A stretch of DNA of 64,000 nt from an uncultured Chloroflexia bacterium (GCA_963765765.1 CAVXYC010000015.1:640001-704000); one strand, 5' to 3'. Numbered from the stretch's first letter, positions 9,661 through 19,323 are shown. Numbers and translations are program-made. Notes: a model not told the origin generated them from the sequence alone.

Positions 9661-10646
9661 GGTTCGGCGTCACACTTAATCCCTTTCTCGATGCCTCCAC
9701 CGTGCTCGCGGAAGCGCAGCTCGCGGAGCGTATGGGCTACGACGCGGTCTGGATAGCGGACTCACAGCTCATCTGGCGTGAGGTGTACGTGCTCCTCGGG
9801 GCCACAGCGGTCACGACCTCGAACGTCCTGGTGGGGACGGCAGTAACAAACCCCGTGACTCGACACGCGGCGGTAACGGCAAGTAGTGCCATGACCCTTC
9901 AGGAGCTATCAGGTGGACGCATGCGCCTGGGAATCGGCGTCGGTGACAGCTCGCTCAAGACCATGGGGTTGACCGCCGCGCCGCGTCACGATTTGGAGTC
10001 GTACGTTTCGACCGTTCGAGCGCTCTGTGCCGGCAAGACGGTAAAGTCATCAACCGGCGAGATGCAGCTTGGATTCGGAGATGCTCAGCAGACGCCGCCG
10101 ATCATCATCGCGGGTGCCGGGCCGAAAATGCTGGAGCTAGCGGGTGAGATTGGTGATGGAGTCATGCTTTCCGGAGCAGCCCGCAACGATGCCGCGCTGG
10201 CATCCATGCTCGAGTACGTCAAAACGGGTCGTGCACGCACCGTCAGGGAGTCCAAACCCTACCGGCTGATCGTGGGCTGTGCGGGAGCTGTAGATGCTGA
10301 TGGACATAAGGCAAAGGTAGCGGTGAGACCGCATGTCGCACGGGGTCTATTGACCGCGCGCTGGGACCGAAGCGCACGGGCTCGCGAAGTCAGTGAGCAG
10401 GTCAAGGCGAAGTACGACTACTACAGCCATATGAATCCCAATGCGCCGCACGCTCAGCTCGTGCCGGATGACGTCGTTCCGGAGTTCGCGATTGGCGGAA
10501 CGCCGGACGAGTGCATAGCGCAGATTCGTGGCCTTGAAGACGCCGGGATCGATGAGCTGACGATCTACCCGTACGCCGTTGAAGGCGGAAGTCGCTCGGA
10601 CGTCATTTCGGCATTCGCGCGCGACGTTCTGGGTGCATTGCGTTAG
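9657..10646 (+). CDS. LLM-class (Mer-like, possibly F420-dependent) oxidoreductase
   Basis: VWIADSQ, GTAVTNPVTRH, LQELSGGR..LGIGVGD, AGAGPKMLELAGEIGDG, GTPDEC. Confidence 0.9.
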   Translation: MRFGVTLNPFLDASTVLAEAQLAERMGYDAVWIADSQLIWREVYVLLGATAVTTSNVLVGTAVTNPVTRHAAVTASSAMTLQELSGGRMRLGIGVGDSSLKTMGLTAAPRHDLESYVSTVRALCAGKTVKSSTGEMQLGFGDAQQTPPIIIAGAGPKMLELAGEIGDGVMLSGAARNDAALASMLEYVKTGRARTVRESKPYRLIVGCAGAVDADGHKAKVAVRPHVARGLLTARWDRSARAREVSEQVKAKYDYYSHMNPNAPHAQLVPDDVVPEFAIGGTPDECIAQIRGLEDAGIDELTIYPYAVEGGSRSDVISAFARDVLGALR

Positions 10647-10769
10647 GCAATCCCAAGTAGTCAACTAGTCTCTCGCCATGGAATTATGGACGTGATGGCA
10701 ACGCTATCACGTCTCTCAATTGCTCACCGACGAATCTCAGGACGGCACTGTCGGATGGGCGCTCGGCGC

Positions 10770-10937
10770 CTACTCACGCGCCAGCATGGCAACGGCATCC
10801 AACTCCAGGTTCGCGTAGTGGTCGCCGCTGACATTGATCTTCACCTTCTTGATCGTGCCGGCGGTGAACGTGTTCGGCGTCGTGTACTCTTTGCTCACCG
10901 CGTCGCCGCTGAACCGCCCCACGCAGAGCCCGTCGCC
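10770..10937 (-). pseudogene. C-terminal fragment of an arylsulfatase
   Basis: Manual translation GDGLCVGRFSGDAVSKEYTTPNTFTAGTIKKVKINVSGDHYANLELDAVAMLARE*, resembling the C-terminus of large AtsA/AtsD-type arylsulfatases; 5' part absent. Confidence 0.65.
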
Positions 10938-11498
10938 GCCTTCATCGCCTTCGGTCAGGAGTTACCAGGCACGCGACAGCATCATTTCGAGCTGATGAAG
11001 CGTGTCGACTCCGCTGTCCTTCTGCACGTCATCAGCTTGGGGGACGCAGTGTCCATCCAGGTAGGTCTCATGAACCGACTTGGCCCCATGAAGCCGGGAG
11101 AGATCTGGGAGAACGACTTCACCAGTTGGATCCCCGAATTCGACAAGCAATTATCGCGGAAAATCGCCCGACGGATGGATAGTCACGCGGGCGCCCTATC
11201 CTGAGTAAGGACTACGACCGGTCTGAGGCGCTCGGAAGCGTTGATCTTACCCGACCATGACCTGCCTTGGGGCGCGGATCAGCGCGAATCTGACCTTCGC
11301 TGACTGCCTCTATTGGGTTTTTCGCGACGCCGTAGCGATTAACTGGTCCTATGCTGCTAGTCATCCAGTTCGCGGAAGCTACCAGTTCAGAGGAGAGGAG
11401 CTATGATCCGCCCAGATGATGATCTTGGCGCCGTGAGTGGGCTAGCGCCGTCGGGGTGTACCCTGGGGGCAACGCTGGAAAGCCATTCGCTTGCGGGA

Positions 11499-11774
11499 TC
11501 AGGGCCCCGCACCCGGATACCCATAGAGGGCGGTCGCTCCCAGCATGACGAGCGCGATGATGATCATGGCGAGGCCGACGATGGCCCCCTGGCCGTTCGT
11601 CGGGAGCTCGGGTGGCACAGGCATCCGCGATCTGTCTGACACTAGTCTTCCCCCGGGCATCCAGCTATGTCCCACGCTGGCGAAGCTCTTACTTAAACGG
11701 CCCGTAAGTTTATCAATGTCAATATCCATTTCGATTTTACTTGTGCTTGTCACTGACGGGCCCGGGTCCTGCAT
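11499..11774 (-). CDS. Possible small membrane protein
   Basis: One C-terminal hydrophobic segment AIVGLAMIIIALVMLGATALY. Confidence 0.35.
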   Translation of the reverse strand: MQDPGPSVTSTSKIEMDIDIDKLTGRLSKSFASVGHSWMPGGRLVSDRSRMPVPPELPTNGQGAIVGLAMIIIALVMLGATALYGYPGAGP

Positions 11775-12067
11775 TCATCGCCGCCAACTGGTGCTTAGAT
11801 CCTGGGGACCCGCCGGAACGCATCCGCGGGAAGCCGATCAACAAGATTGCGCCGATGAAGGCGACGATGATGGTCCCGATGAAGCCCGCGCTGTTTCCGG
11901 GCGCTATCGCTCCAATCAGCAATCCGCCCACGAAAGCCCCCATGATCTCGACGACGATGTCGCCGACCAAGCCGGCGTCGCTCCCCTTCATGAACTTTCC
12001 GGCAACCCGAGCCGGAGTTCAGGTTCACAATCAGCCACGTAATCAGTCCACCAGGCTCAAGTACTAT
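11737..12067 (-). pseudogene. Degenerate GlsB/YeaQ/YmgE (transglycosylase-associated) membrane protein
   Basis: AAGGAG RBS followed by ATA instead of ATG; LEPGGLITWLI, frameshift, then AGKFMKGS.GLVGDIVV..GAFVGG; paralogue of 25381..25671. Confidence 0.75.
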
Positions 12068-12314
12068 GACGCACTCCTTTGGTACGGAATGGGGATGAGT
12101 GAGAGCGCAATTCGGCTGCGGAGTGGAGGGACCAGCGCCTGAGTATCGAAATTCTGGTGCGGCTCAATTGGCAGTGTCGCGATCGCCTAACGCGCTACAT
12201 CGGCATCCGGCTCATGCCCTCTGGAGCGCATTCATTTTCCCACGAACCGACTCTCGCCGCTGAAGTCCAGGGTCGGACGCATGGGTCACTGAATCATCGG
12301 CCCATCGGATTGGC

Positions 12315-12542
12315 TTACTCCCGCCTATCGAACGGCTCGAGATCCTCCAGCATGCACGAACGAGGCTCGGATGTGTCCCAGCTTACCTTGCCCCCTTCTG
12401 CCACCGAGCTAATCACGCGGAGTCGAACATGATACAAGGCGTCGTCTCCCGATCCTTGCACTGCGTCGACAATGCCGCGCTGATAGAGCGACTTGACCCT
12501 GACGGGCTGGTTCTTGATTGGCGGCCACGGATCCTGTTGCAT
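12315..12542 (-). CDS. Small SH3/KOW-like hypothetical protein (family member 1)
   Basis: AAGGA RBS; WPPIKNQPVRVKS..RGIVDAVQGSGDDALYHV...LEDLEP aligns with 29875..30096. Confidence 0.7.
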   Translation of the reverse strand: MQQDPWPPIKNQPVRVKSLYQRGIVDAVQGSGDDALYHVRLRVISSVAEGGKVSWDTSEPRSCMLEDLEPFDRRE

Positions 12543-12603
12543 CTCTTGTCCTTCACTGCGATCGGTGCATCTTTTCTACTCGGGCCGGTGGACCGCCGAA
12601 CGG

Positions 12604-12912
12604 TCAGGCGCGAGAAGCCACGAAAGGTGGCCCGTTCACCACGGCCACGCAGCTCACTTCCCAGACGTCAGCGTCCGGAAACCACGCTCGTCGCGTCGCG
12701 ACACCCGATGGCGGCAGACGATCCATGCCGCTTCCGTCCGGGACCGAGATAAGCCGGATACGCGATCGCGCGCCCGTTCCGCGCAGCTCCACCACCGTGA
12801 CCGGAAAATGGCTCAGCGGATTGATACGCGCCTGATGTACCACCTCACCGAACGTGTGGCTGCTCGTCACGGCGCGCCAGTGCGCGCCATACTCTGAAGG
12901 TGCGGTCGTCAT
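12604..12912 (-). CDS. Hypothetical protein
   Basis: AAAGGA RBS before ATG at 12912; VTVVELRGTGARSRIRL resembles the beta-hairpin of the neighbouring small protein. Confidence 0.5.
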   Translation of the reverse strand: MTTAPSEYGAHWRAVTSSHTFGEVVHQARINPLSHFPVTVVELRGTGARSRIRLISVPDGSGMDRLPPSGVATRRAWFPDADVWEVSCVAVVNGPPFVASRA

Positions 12913-13100
12913 AATCGTCCTTTCATCGGTCCATCGGGCCGACGCCACAGGCGTTTTGCGCTGATCTTCCGCCCAACCGCACCCGGCGATCGCCTCCACG
13001 CCGGCCTTTTAGCACATTCGAGTGTCAGGAGCATCGGCTCGTTCAGTGATCCTGAGCGCCCCCGGCCGGCATCGCCAGCGTGCTCCGTGCGCGGCTCGCC

Positions 13101-13430
13101 TTAGCCGGGCTGGGTTCGGTCGCCGGCGACCCAGGCGCCCGCTCGGATCGCGCGGCACATTTCGGTGAAGAGCGCGTACACCTCCGGATCATCGGTGCAC
13201 CCCACCAGCTCGGCCGGGCTGATGGCGGGGCTATACGCCCCCCGGACGTAGGCGTTCTTCGTGAGGTCCGGCAGCTCCGATTTCAGGTATGCAACACCCG
13301 TGAGAATGCCGCGTTCGAGCAGGACCGACCGCTGACTGCTATCGAAGTGCGCGGGATGCCCGTCGAGCCGAAGATCCAGAGCTCGTTGGCCCAGCCGATC
13401 CTGCACCCACGCCACATTAGTGATGATCAC
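13101..13430 (-). CDS. Hypothetical protein divergent from the XRE regulator
   Basis: GGAGAAGGA RBS before GTG; globular-looking 109-aa sequence. Confidence 0.6.
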   Translation of the reverse strand: MIITNVAWVQDRLGQRALDLRLDGHPAHFDSSQRSVLLERGILTGVAYLKSELPDLTKNAYVRGAYSPAISPAELVGCTDDPEVYALFTEMCRAIRAGAWVAGDRTQPG

Positions 13431-13525
13431 GTTCCTTCTCCTTGGCCCAGGTCCTCGGCACACGCTACCCGAATGCTTCGGCACGGGCGTGCCGGCACCC
13501 CGCGGAGCAGCCAGCGCTTCACGAT

Positions 13526-13579
13526 ATAGCATTATCATAGCATATTGCTATAATTGTATTGTTTTCCGGTAACATGTTA
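13526..13579 (+). promoter_or_regulatory. AT-rich promoter/operator: palindrome overlapping a perfect -10 box
   Basis: ATAGCA-TAT-TGCTAT at 13537-13551 overlaps TATAAT at 13549-13554; extra ATAGCAT half-site at 13526; second palindrome TAACATGTTA at 13570-13579. Confidence 0.65.
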
Positions 13580-13624
13580 ATGTTTCGACGACATCTTTCT
13601 ACTAACACTCGAAATGAGACTCTC

Positions 13625-13975
13625 ATGACCTTCGCTGCTAAGCTTCGGCGCGTGCGGCTCGAGCGTTTTCTTTCCCAGGGCGAGCTCGCCCGCCGCGCCG
13701 GGATCCGCCCTGCGACTATCACGCGACTCGAGGCCGCAACAACCGTCCCATCGATGCGCACGGTGCGCGCCCTGGCCGAGGCCCTGGAGATTGAGCCACA
13801 CCAGCTCGCTGATCCGCTGGAAGTGGCGGAAGTCCGCCGACTTTCCAACCCCACAAAGAGTCGGGACGATGATCGACTGGGCGCCTGGAATGACGACGGC
13901 GGCGCGGCGGACTCGAAGGACGGCCGACCGATCACCGAAGCGCCCAAGCCAATGCTGAACGGACTACCGACATGA
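13625..13975 (+). CDS. XRE-family HTH transcriptional regulator
   Basis: LRRVRLERFLSQGELARRAGIRPATITRLE...TVRALAEAL; stop overlaps the next start (ATGA). Confidence 0.88.
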   Translation: MTFAAKLRRVRLERFLSQGELARRAGIRPATITRLEAATTVPSMRTVRALAEALEIEPHQLADPLEVAEVRRLSNPTKSRDDDRLGAWNDDGGAADSKDGRPITEAPKPMLNGLPT

Positions 13976-14415
13976 GTAACTTTCAGGACCAACTGCGACA
14001 ATTCGAGCACGCGTCGGATCACGTCGCATCGGAAGAATCCCAGCAGCAGGCGCTGCTCGCTCGCAATCGGGCGGAACAGATCACGGCCGCACACGCTCTG
14101 CGCGGGATTATTGACTCGTGCATCAGCGAGGCCAAGCTCGTTGTGCCATCGATGCGGACCGAGCACGCCGCGAGTGACCAGCCCCTCCAGGAATGGACGC
14201 TGCGCTGGAAGGATGGGGATCGCGGCCTGAAAATTCAACTGCTGCAAGACCAGGGAGTCGTTTGGTGGACATGGTTTGGCCACGGACGAACGTCGGCCGT
14301 GGCGAAACGATCGGCCCGCGACGCCGATCAGAAGTTCATCGAGAACCTTATCGCTGCCCTCGCGGATCCGGCCCCGTGGCAGCGCGGTGGCTACCCGCCC
14401 GCCCCGACGTGGTAG
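13972..14415 (+). CDS. Hypothetical protein, tandem paralogue A
   Basis: Coupled to XRE; full-length similarity to 14504..14932. Confidence 0.8.
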   Translation: MSNFQDQLRQFEHASDHVASEESQQQALLARNRAEQITAAHALRGIIDSCISEAKLVVPSMRTEHAASDQPLQEWTLRWKDGDRGLKIQLLQDQGVVWWTWFGHGRTSAVAKRSARDADQKFIENLIAALADPAPWQRGGYPPAPTW

Positions 14416-14503
14416 AGAGGAAGCGCGACGCAACGTCACGGTCGACGGCACCGAATTCGGCCCCGCGCAGCATGCGCGGGGTGAAGCGCCGTCCAGAGAG
14501 AGC

Positions 14504-14932
14504 ATGAACAAATTCCAGGATGAACTCAGGCGTTTGGAGCAGGAATCTGAGCGCAAGGCCGCACGAGACGCCGCTGCGCAGGCGGCGGAGCAGCGGAAGA
14601 AGGATCGGGCCGTGGCGGCTGCGCGGACGCTGGAACGAGTCATCGAGAAGTGCGTGGAGGAAGCGCAAGCGGCCTCGTCAATCGCGGTCGAACGGGCAAA
14701 CGCTGGAGATGGGAAGGCGATCTGGGTCCTGTGGTGGAAGGATCGGAGCCGAGGGGTCGAGATCAAGCTGGCGACGCGCGACGGGCAGTTGTGCTGGAGT
14801 TGGCAGGCCGATCGGAAATCGCCGGTAACATCCCGCGCCGCCACGGATATCGACGAAGCCTTCATTCAACAGCTCGTAATCACCCTGGCCGACCAATCAG
14901 CCTGGCGAGCCGGCGGTTTTCCCACCCTCTAG
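14504..14932 (+). CDS. Hypothetical protein, tandem paralogue B
   Basis: MNKFQDELRR...W.L.WKD..RG..I.L...G...W.W...D.D..FI..L...LAD...W..GG.P shared with 13972..14415. Confidence 0.8.
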   Translation: MNKFQDELRRLEQESERKAARDAAAQAAEQRKKDRAVAAARTLERVIEKCVEEAQAASSIAVERANAGDGKAIWVLWWKDRSRGVEIKLATRDGQLCWSWQADRKSPVTSRAATDIDEAFIQQLVITLADQSAWRAGGFPTL

Positions 14933-15297
14933 AACTCCCCCAATCACCCGACCTGGCGGCTGCGCACGGACCGTCCGCTCGTCCAGCGCGTCGTCCGAAT
15001 GACACCAACGGCCGACAATCACGAAGCCGCGCTCGAGAACTGCGTGCCCCAACCGTGACGCGGGCGGGTCAGCCCGGTGGGCTTCCGCTAGCCCGCGGCG
15101 ATGGCGAGCCCCCAGCAGCCCGATCACGCGCACGGTTCGGGAAGAGGCGGTGCGCGAGCGTGCAGGGACGGTCAACCTCCGGTGCCGATTCCCACAGGCG
15201 CAATGACAGCCATGCTCGCGTTGCCAGTCACTGGCTCCGAGAACCATTGGGCTGTAAGCTGGCAGATCGTGAATCGGCTGTCAAACACGCCTCGGCT

Positions 15298-15544
15298 CAC
15301 GAGATCGTAGGGCACTAGGCCTCACTGTTCCCCTCGCTGAATTTCGGGCGACCATCGGCGATGATTGACGGGGCGTGTTGTCCCGACGGGCGTCCCACGC
15401 GATCCGACTATGGCGAGAGGAGTGCCAGGAGGCGTCGCATGGCATCGCCCAGCTCCTGGCGACGTCCCTCATCTGAGCGTTGGCTCGGGTGCATGCGTTC
15501 CCATTCGTGGACATGGTCCACATCGGCAACCGTAATGCGTGCGA
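15298..15544 (-). repeat. Inverted duplicated block, copy A (partner 19186-19436)
   Basis: About 250 bp aligned by eye, including GTCAATCATCGCCGATGGTCGCCCGA and TACGATCTCGTG. Confidence 0.85.
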
Positions 15545-15668
15545 GGCGATGGGCGTCCATCATCGTCTCTCCGACCGGTTGGGGTGGGATTCCGTGAAAT
15601 GCGCCACGCCGCACGGCGGCCGCGAGATCGTTCCGCAGCATCTCCAGCTCGCCCCAGTCCACCAGCAT
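15408..15668 (-). CDS. Hypothetical small helical protein
   Basis: ARITVADVDHVHEWERMHP...RRQELGDAMRRLLAL is conserved in a second copy at 19140. Confidence 0.65.
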   Translation of the reverse strand: MLVDWGELEMLRNDLAAAVRRGAFHGIPPQPVGETMMDAHRLARITVADVDHVHEWERMHPSQRSDEGRRQELGDAMRRLLALLSP

Positions 15669-15921
15669 TTCAAACCGCGCACTTTGCTTACTTTAAGTGT
15701 CTCTCGAACGGTGACGTCTGGATAGATGCACCGGTGCATAAAGATGCACGGAGATACGAACGTGGCAGGGAATCATCTCGTCGAGAGAGGGCCAGGACAC
15801 CACCCCGCCCCGCAGCGGCACGAGAAACGGCCGCTGCGGAACAGCCACTCTCGCTCGTCTGGCTGGTGATAGTGGTGCATGCACATCTGCATCTTCTCCA
15901 CCGACGAGCGCTTCGGATAGG

Positions 15922-16359
15922 ATGACGACCGTGGCCGCTCCCCATGCTCCCCGGAAGTCGGTGGTCGTGATTGACGATGACCCCGACATCACGTTCGTGC
16001 TCTGCACGGCTCTGGAGGATGACGGGTATCGCGTCGTCTGTTACACCCAGGCATCGATCGCGTTGGAGTCGGTGGTTGCAGACCAGCCCGACCTGGTGAT
16101 CCTGGACTGGTGGCTGCCCGAGAGCGGCGGAAACACCCTGCTCTCCGCCCTGCGCGAGAACCCTCGCACCGCCCACGTGCCGGTCCTCGTGTGCACGGCG
16201 GACGCCACCGTCCTCGACTATCGCGATGCGCTCGCGCGGAATGGCGCGGACATCCTGCTCAAACCGTTCGAGCTGGACGGCCTGCCCACCATGGTGGGGC
16301 GGATGACGGGCGGGAATTCGTCGCCTGACCCGTGGGTTGAATCCAGTAGCGCGCAATGA
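15922..16359 (+). CDS. Single-domain response regulator (CheY-like receiver)
   Basis: VVVIDDDPD, PDLVILDWWLP, VLVCTA, LLKPFEL. Confidence 0.9.
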   Translation: MTTVAAPHAPRKSVVVIDDDPDITFVLCTALEDDGYRVVCYTQASIALESVVADQPDLVILDWWLPESGGNTLLSALRENPRTAHVPVLVCTADATVLDYRDALARNGADILLKPFELDGLPTMVGRMTGGNSSPDPWVESSSAQ

Positions 16360-16377
16360 TGGCGGAACTGCGGGGAG

Positions 16378-16885
16378 CTAGGCCGAGGTGATCGGCACGA
16401 TGAGCTCAGACCCCGAAGCCCTCGCGCCATTGACCTTCGTGCTCACCGGGTAGGCTTCCATCGCATCCGCGGGATACGGCAGCAGCATGGTCAGCGCCTC
16501 GGACGTGTCGGTCATGGTGGGATCCAGCCAGACCTCTTCCAGCGCCGGCAGCAGAATGGCGGGCATCCTAGTGTGGATGGGCACTACGAGCTCGTTCGGC
16601 GTGGTGGTAATGATCACCGCGGTACCGCCAGGCTTGTCCTTCGTCGGCTTCGTGGAGAGCCCCCCAAAGCCGAATATCGCGTGATCCTTCAGGCGGACAT
16701 GCATCGGCTGTTTGGTCTTCTCGCCCTAGATGCCCTTCCATTCAAAGAAGCCGTCCGCCGGGATGATGGGAACATCCCGCTGGTTGCGAGCGTCTCGGCC
16801 CGAGCATTGATGGGCGGTGGACGTTTGCCCGTTTTCCCGTCCATAAAGAAGGGGATGAAGCCCCACTTCACAATCCGCAGACTGT
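16378..16885 (-). pseudogene. SOS response-associated peptidase (SRAP/YedK) relic
   Basis: KWGFIP, INARAETL, IIPADGFFEWK, IITT.PN..V.PIH.RMPAIL, YPVS..VN; catalytic N-terminal MCGR missing; in-frame TAG and frameshift. Confidence 0.85.
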
Positions 16886-16915
16886 TAGGGCATGAGCCGT
16901 GGACGTCGCCGGCTT

Positions 16916-17560
16916 TCACCCGGCTATCTGCGGAGGCAAGAGTTGCAGACCCACCGCTTTGGCGGTGCGCTCCACGCCGGAGTCTCTCGAAATCCGCACC
17001 AGATAGCGGCCGGCAGCCATCCCGCTCGTCTCGATCTGCTCGCCCGTCCGTGTTGAGACGGCTTCGCTGACGACGTTGCCATCGAGGTCCAGCAACTCGA
17101 TCCGCACCGCTCCTCCGGCCGGGCAAAGACAATTGCCGGGCCGTCGCCTCGGTCCTCACCCAGATTCACAGCGAAATACTTCTCTCGCTCGAACATGCGG
17201 TACGGCTCGGACTCACCCCACCACTTCGGGAGCACCTCCAGCTCCTCTTGCAGCGGCCCCGGGAGTGCGCGCGCGTCGACCTAACCGCGTGGAGATCGTG
17301 TAGCGATTCACTGTGCTGCCGGACACCTTCAGGTAGCATCTCGTCTTCTCCGGCGGTACCACGCCCACGCTACGGCGGTTGCTCCACGTTTGGATTACGT
17401 GACGTGCCGAGTCGTAGAGCGTTACATCGAGCGGCACGTCGGTGTTGCCAACGGTGACGGTAGGGATGCGGAAGACGCTCGACTCGGGCACCTCTAGGGC
17501 GTAGTAGTCGGGATTGATCGCCCAACCCTTCATCAGATACGACCGGACCGTGTGCAGCAT
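16916..17560 (-). pseudogene. Fragment of a protein with PPC-like beta-sandwich modules (frameshifted, 5' truncated)
   Basis: DYYALEV...LDVTLYDS...CYLKVSG and IELLDLDGNVV...AGRYLVRIS spread over three frames. Confidence 0.45.
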
Positions 17561-17865
17561 GGCCTGAAAGGTCCCCGGCCCCCGGCTCGGCGGTTCAGTT
17601 ATCTTGAGAGTTACTCCAGGATTCGACCCCGTAAGCGGTTGGCCCGTGGATTAACCGCGCGAGCCTCGATACGCGCACGCGTCACGACGGTCCTGAGCAG
17701 GAGCAGCATGGTCTGCGTGAGCGCATCCCTCCCGACTGAGCTACCGCCCGGCGCCGGGCTCCACTCCTCCGGCCGTGAACGATTCCATGAGCACATCGTG
17801 TGAACGCCTTACGCCGGTCCGATCAGAAGTCTGCCGGCTGATTTTCTACGGGGGGCCTACAGGAT

Positions 17866-18063
17866 TTACTTAAATGGGGGAAGCCTGCGCTGAGCGCCGG
17901 ACTCTCTAAGCCGACCCAGCCAGATCCACAAAACGTCCTCTGGGTGCAGGTTTCCTCGGCTATACGGGGGAGGTGGGGGATGATCGTTGCCCTGCGCAGC
18001 GAGGTAGTAATCGAGCTCATCCTGCGCCTCGTCCGTCCACTCGTGTCGGGTCCTCATAACCAT
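17866..18063 (-). CDS. Hypothetical small protein
   Basis: GAGGA upstream; 65 aa; no motif recognised. Confidence 0.35.
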   Translation of the reverse strand: MVMRTRHEWTDEAQDELDYYLAAQGNDHPPPPPYSRGNLHPEDVLWIWLGRLRESGAQRRLPPFK

Positions 18064-18195
18064 CGCGCTGTCCTCACATCACCGTATTCGCGAGCCCGAC
18101 GGAAAAACCCTTGCGGGAAATCGATCAGCGCGCTGCCGGGCGGGGCTGGAAGAAGGGAAACCGCCACGCAAACGACCGGTCCGCCACGACTGCGA

Positions 18196-18408
18196 CTAGA
18201 TCAGCGTGAGCTCGTCACTGTCGAACCACTCTCGCGGCAGATCAAGATCAAGCGCCTTGCCTGCGCTGTTTGCGTGGGCGTCGGTCATTTTGACCTCAAC
18301 ACGTATCAGACCATTGATCTCCGAGACGCTCCGGACTGTCCCAATTCGACTATCAGCTCGGACCTCAACGCTGTCGCCCTTCTTCGGTCTCCACATGATG
18401 ACTGGCAT
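18196..18408 (-). CDS. Small SH3/KOW-like hypothetical protein (family member 2)
   Basis: WRPKKGDSVEVRADSRIGTVRSV...VEV...WFDSDEL has the same W-x-P-x-x-G-x-x-V / G-x-V / final xxL pattern as 12315 and 29875. Confidence 0.6.
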   Translation of the reverse strand: MPVIMWRPKKGDSVEVRADSRIGTVRSVSEINGLIRVEVKMTDAHANSAGKALDLDLPREWFDSDELTLI

Positions 18409-18442
18409 TTCTTTCATCTCCATTCCCGAGCAGAACAAACGC

Positions 18443-18571
18443 TTACGCCGGCCCGATCAGATCCAACACCGTCTGAATGATGTCGTCGATGTCGAGCGGC
18501 TTCACAAGCGTTCGTGCATCGCCATAGCGTTCCACGTCGGCCCGCGCCCGGTCGAGCAGTTTCGGGTTGGT
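18443..18571 (-). pseudogene. 3' fragment of a receiver gene paralogous to 33752..34183
   Basis: TNPKLLDRARADVERYGDARTLVKPLDIDDIIQTVLDLIGPA*, 33/42 aa identical to the C-terminus of 33752..34183. Confidence 0.85.
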
Positions 18572-18574
18572 CGC

Positions 18575-18920
18575 GGGGTATCACACCCTTCCGCCAGGAG
18601 TTGGAGGACATCGATCTCGTGGGCAGTCAGATGTTCCGAGAGCTCTGCCGGAGCAGCACGCGCCGCCGATCACGAAGGGCCGCGGTGATGCGCGCCCTGA
18701 CCGCGGGAGGCATGAATATTTCGCCACGTGCCGCCCGGTGCACCGCCTCCACCACATGGCGCAGCCCGGACCGTTTGAGCAGCACGCCGATGGTAGTGTC
18801 CAACGGATCGTCCCCTTTCCAACGTCGGGCTTCGCGGATCGACGTCGGCCTATGCACGGGTAGTCCCATTAGGGAGCATCATGTCGCCGACATCGACTTC
18901 TGTCATGAGTTTTTCGTCAT
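18575..18920 (-). pseudogene. NarL/LuxR-family response regulator relic
   Basis: DMMLPNG, GVLLK....VVEAVHRAARGE.FMPP, then frameshifted LTAHEIDVLQLLAEG (start of the LuxR HTH), which is cut off. Confidence 0.7.
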
Positions 18921-19139
18921 GCCGATCGCCCACATGCCCCGGAATCCACTCTGAATGTCCCGGTCAGTCCGGGTTAGAATCGAGCTCCTTCCAAACGCTG
19001 ACGGAGCACGGGGTGCCACCGGGCCACCACTTCCCCCGGTCGGTACCAATGCGGGTCCGGCCCTCTCCGTCCGGAAGTTACCGTCAGGGTCCGTCGAACT
19101 ATCAAGGTCGTTCGCCAGAAGTAGCCCAGGCCTAGCCTG

Positions 19140-19323
19140 GTGACCACGGAGGCCGGCAATAGCTCGCCGGCCGAAGCGGCTCTCTTCGCACGCATTACGC
19201 TCGCCGATGTGGATCACGTCCTCGAATGGGACCGCCGGCACCCGCTGGAACGATTCGGCGCGCGACGTCGCCAGGAGCTGGGCGACGATATCCGACGACT
19301 CCTGGCACTCCGTCTCGCCGTAG
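19140..19323 (+). pseudogene. 5'-truncated paralogue of 15408..15668
   Basis: ARITLADVDHVLEWDRRHP...RRQELGDDIRRLLAL; one extra base before the TAG shared with copy A. Confidence 0.6.

Noticed and set aside
10686-11204. 172-aa plus-strand ORF
   Set aside because: Its first half is antisense to the arylsulfatase fragment, so it is likely a chance fusion across a junction
13519-14865. 448-aa minus-strand ORF
   Set aside because: Antisense shadow of the XRE gene and two mutually homologous plus-strand genes; no motif; Ser/Arg/Ala-rich, as is typical of GC-rich shadow frames
17615-17650. GGATTCGACCCC resembling a tRNA T-loop (also 16330-16345 and 33600-33615)
   Set aside because: No cloverleaf, acceptor stem or CCA can be built around them
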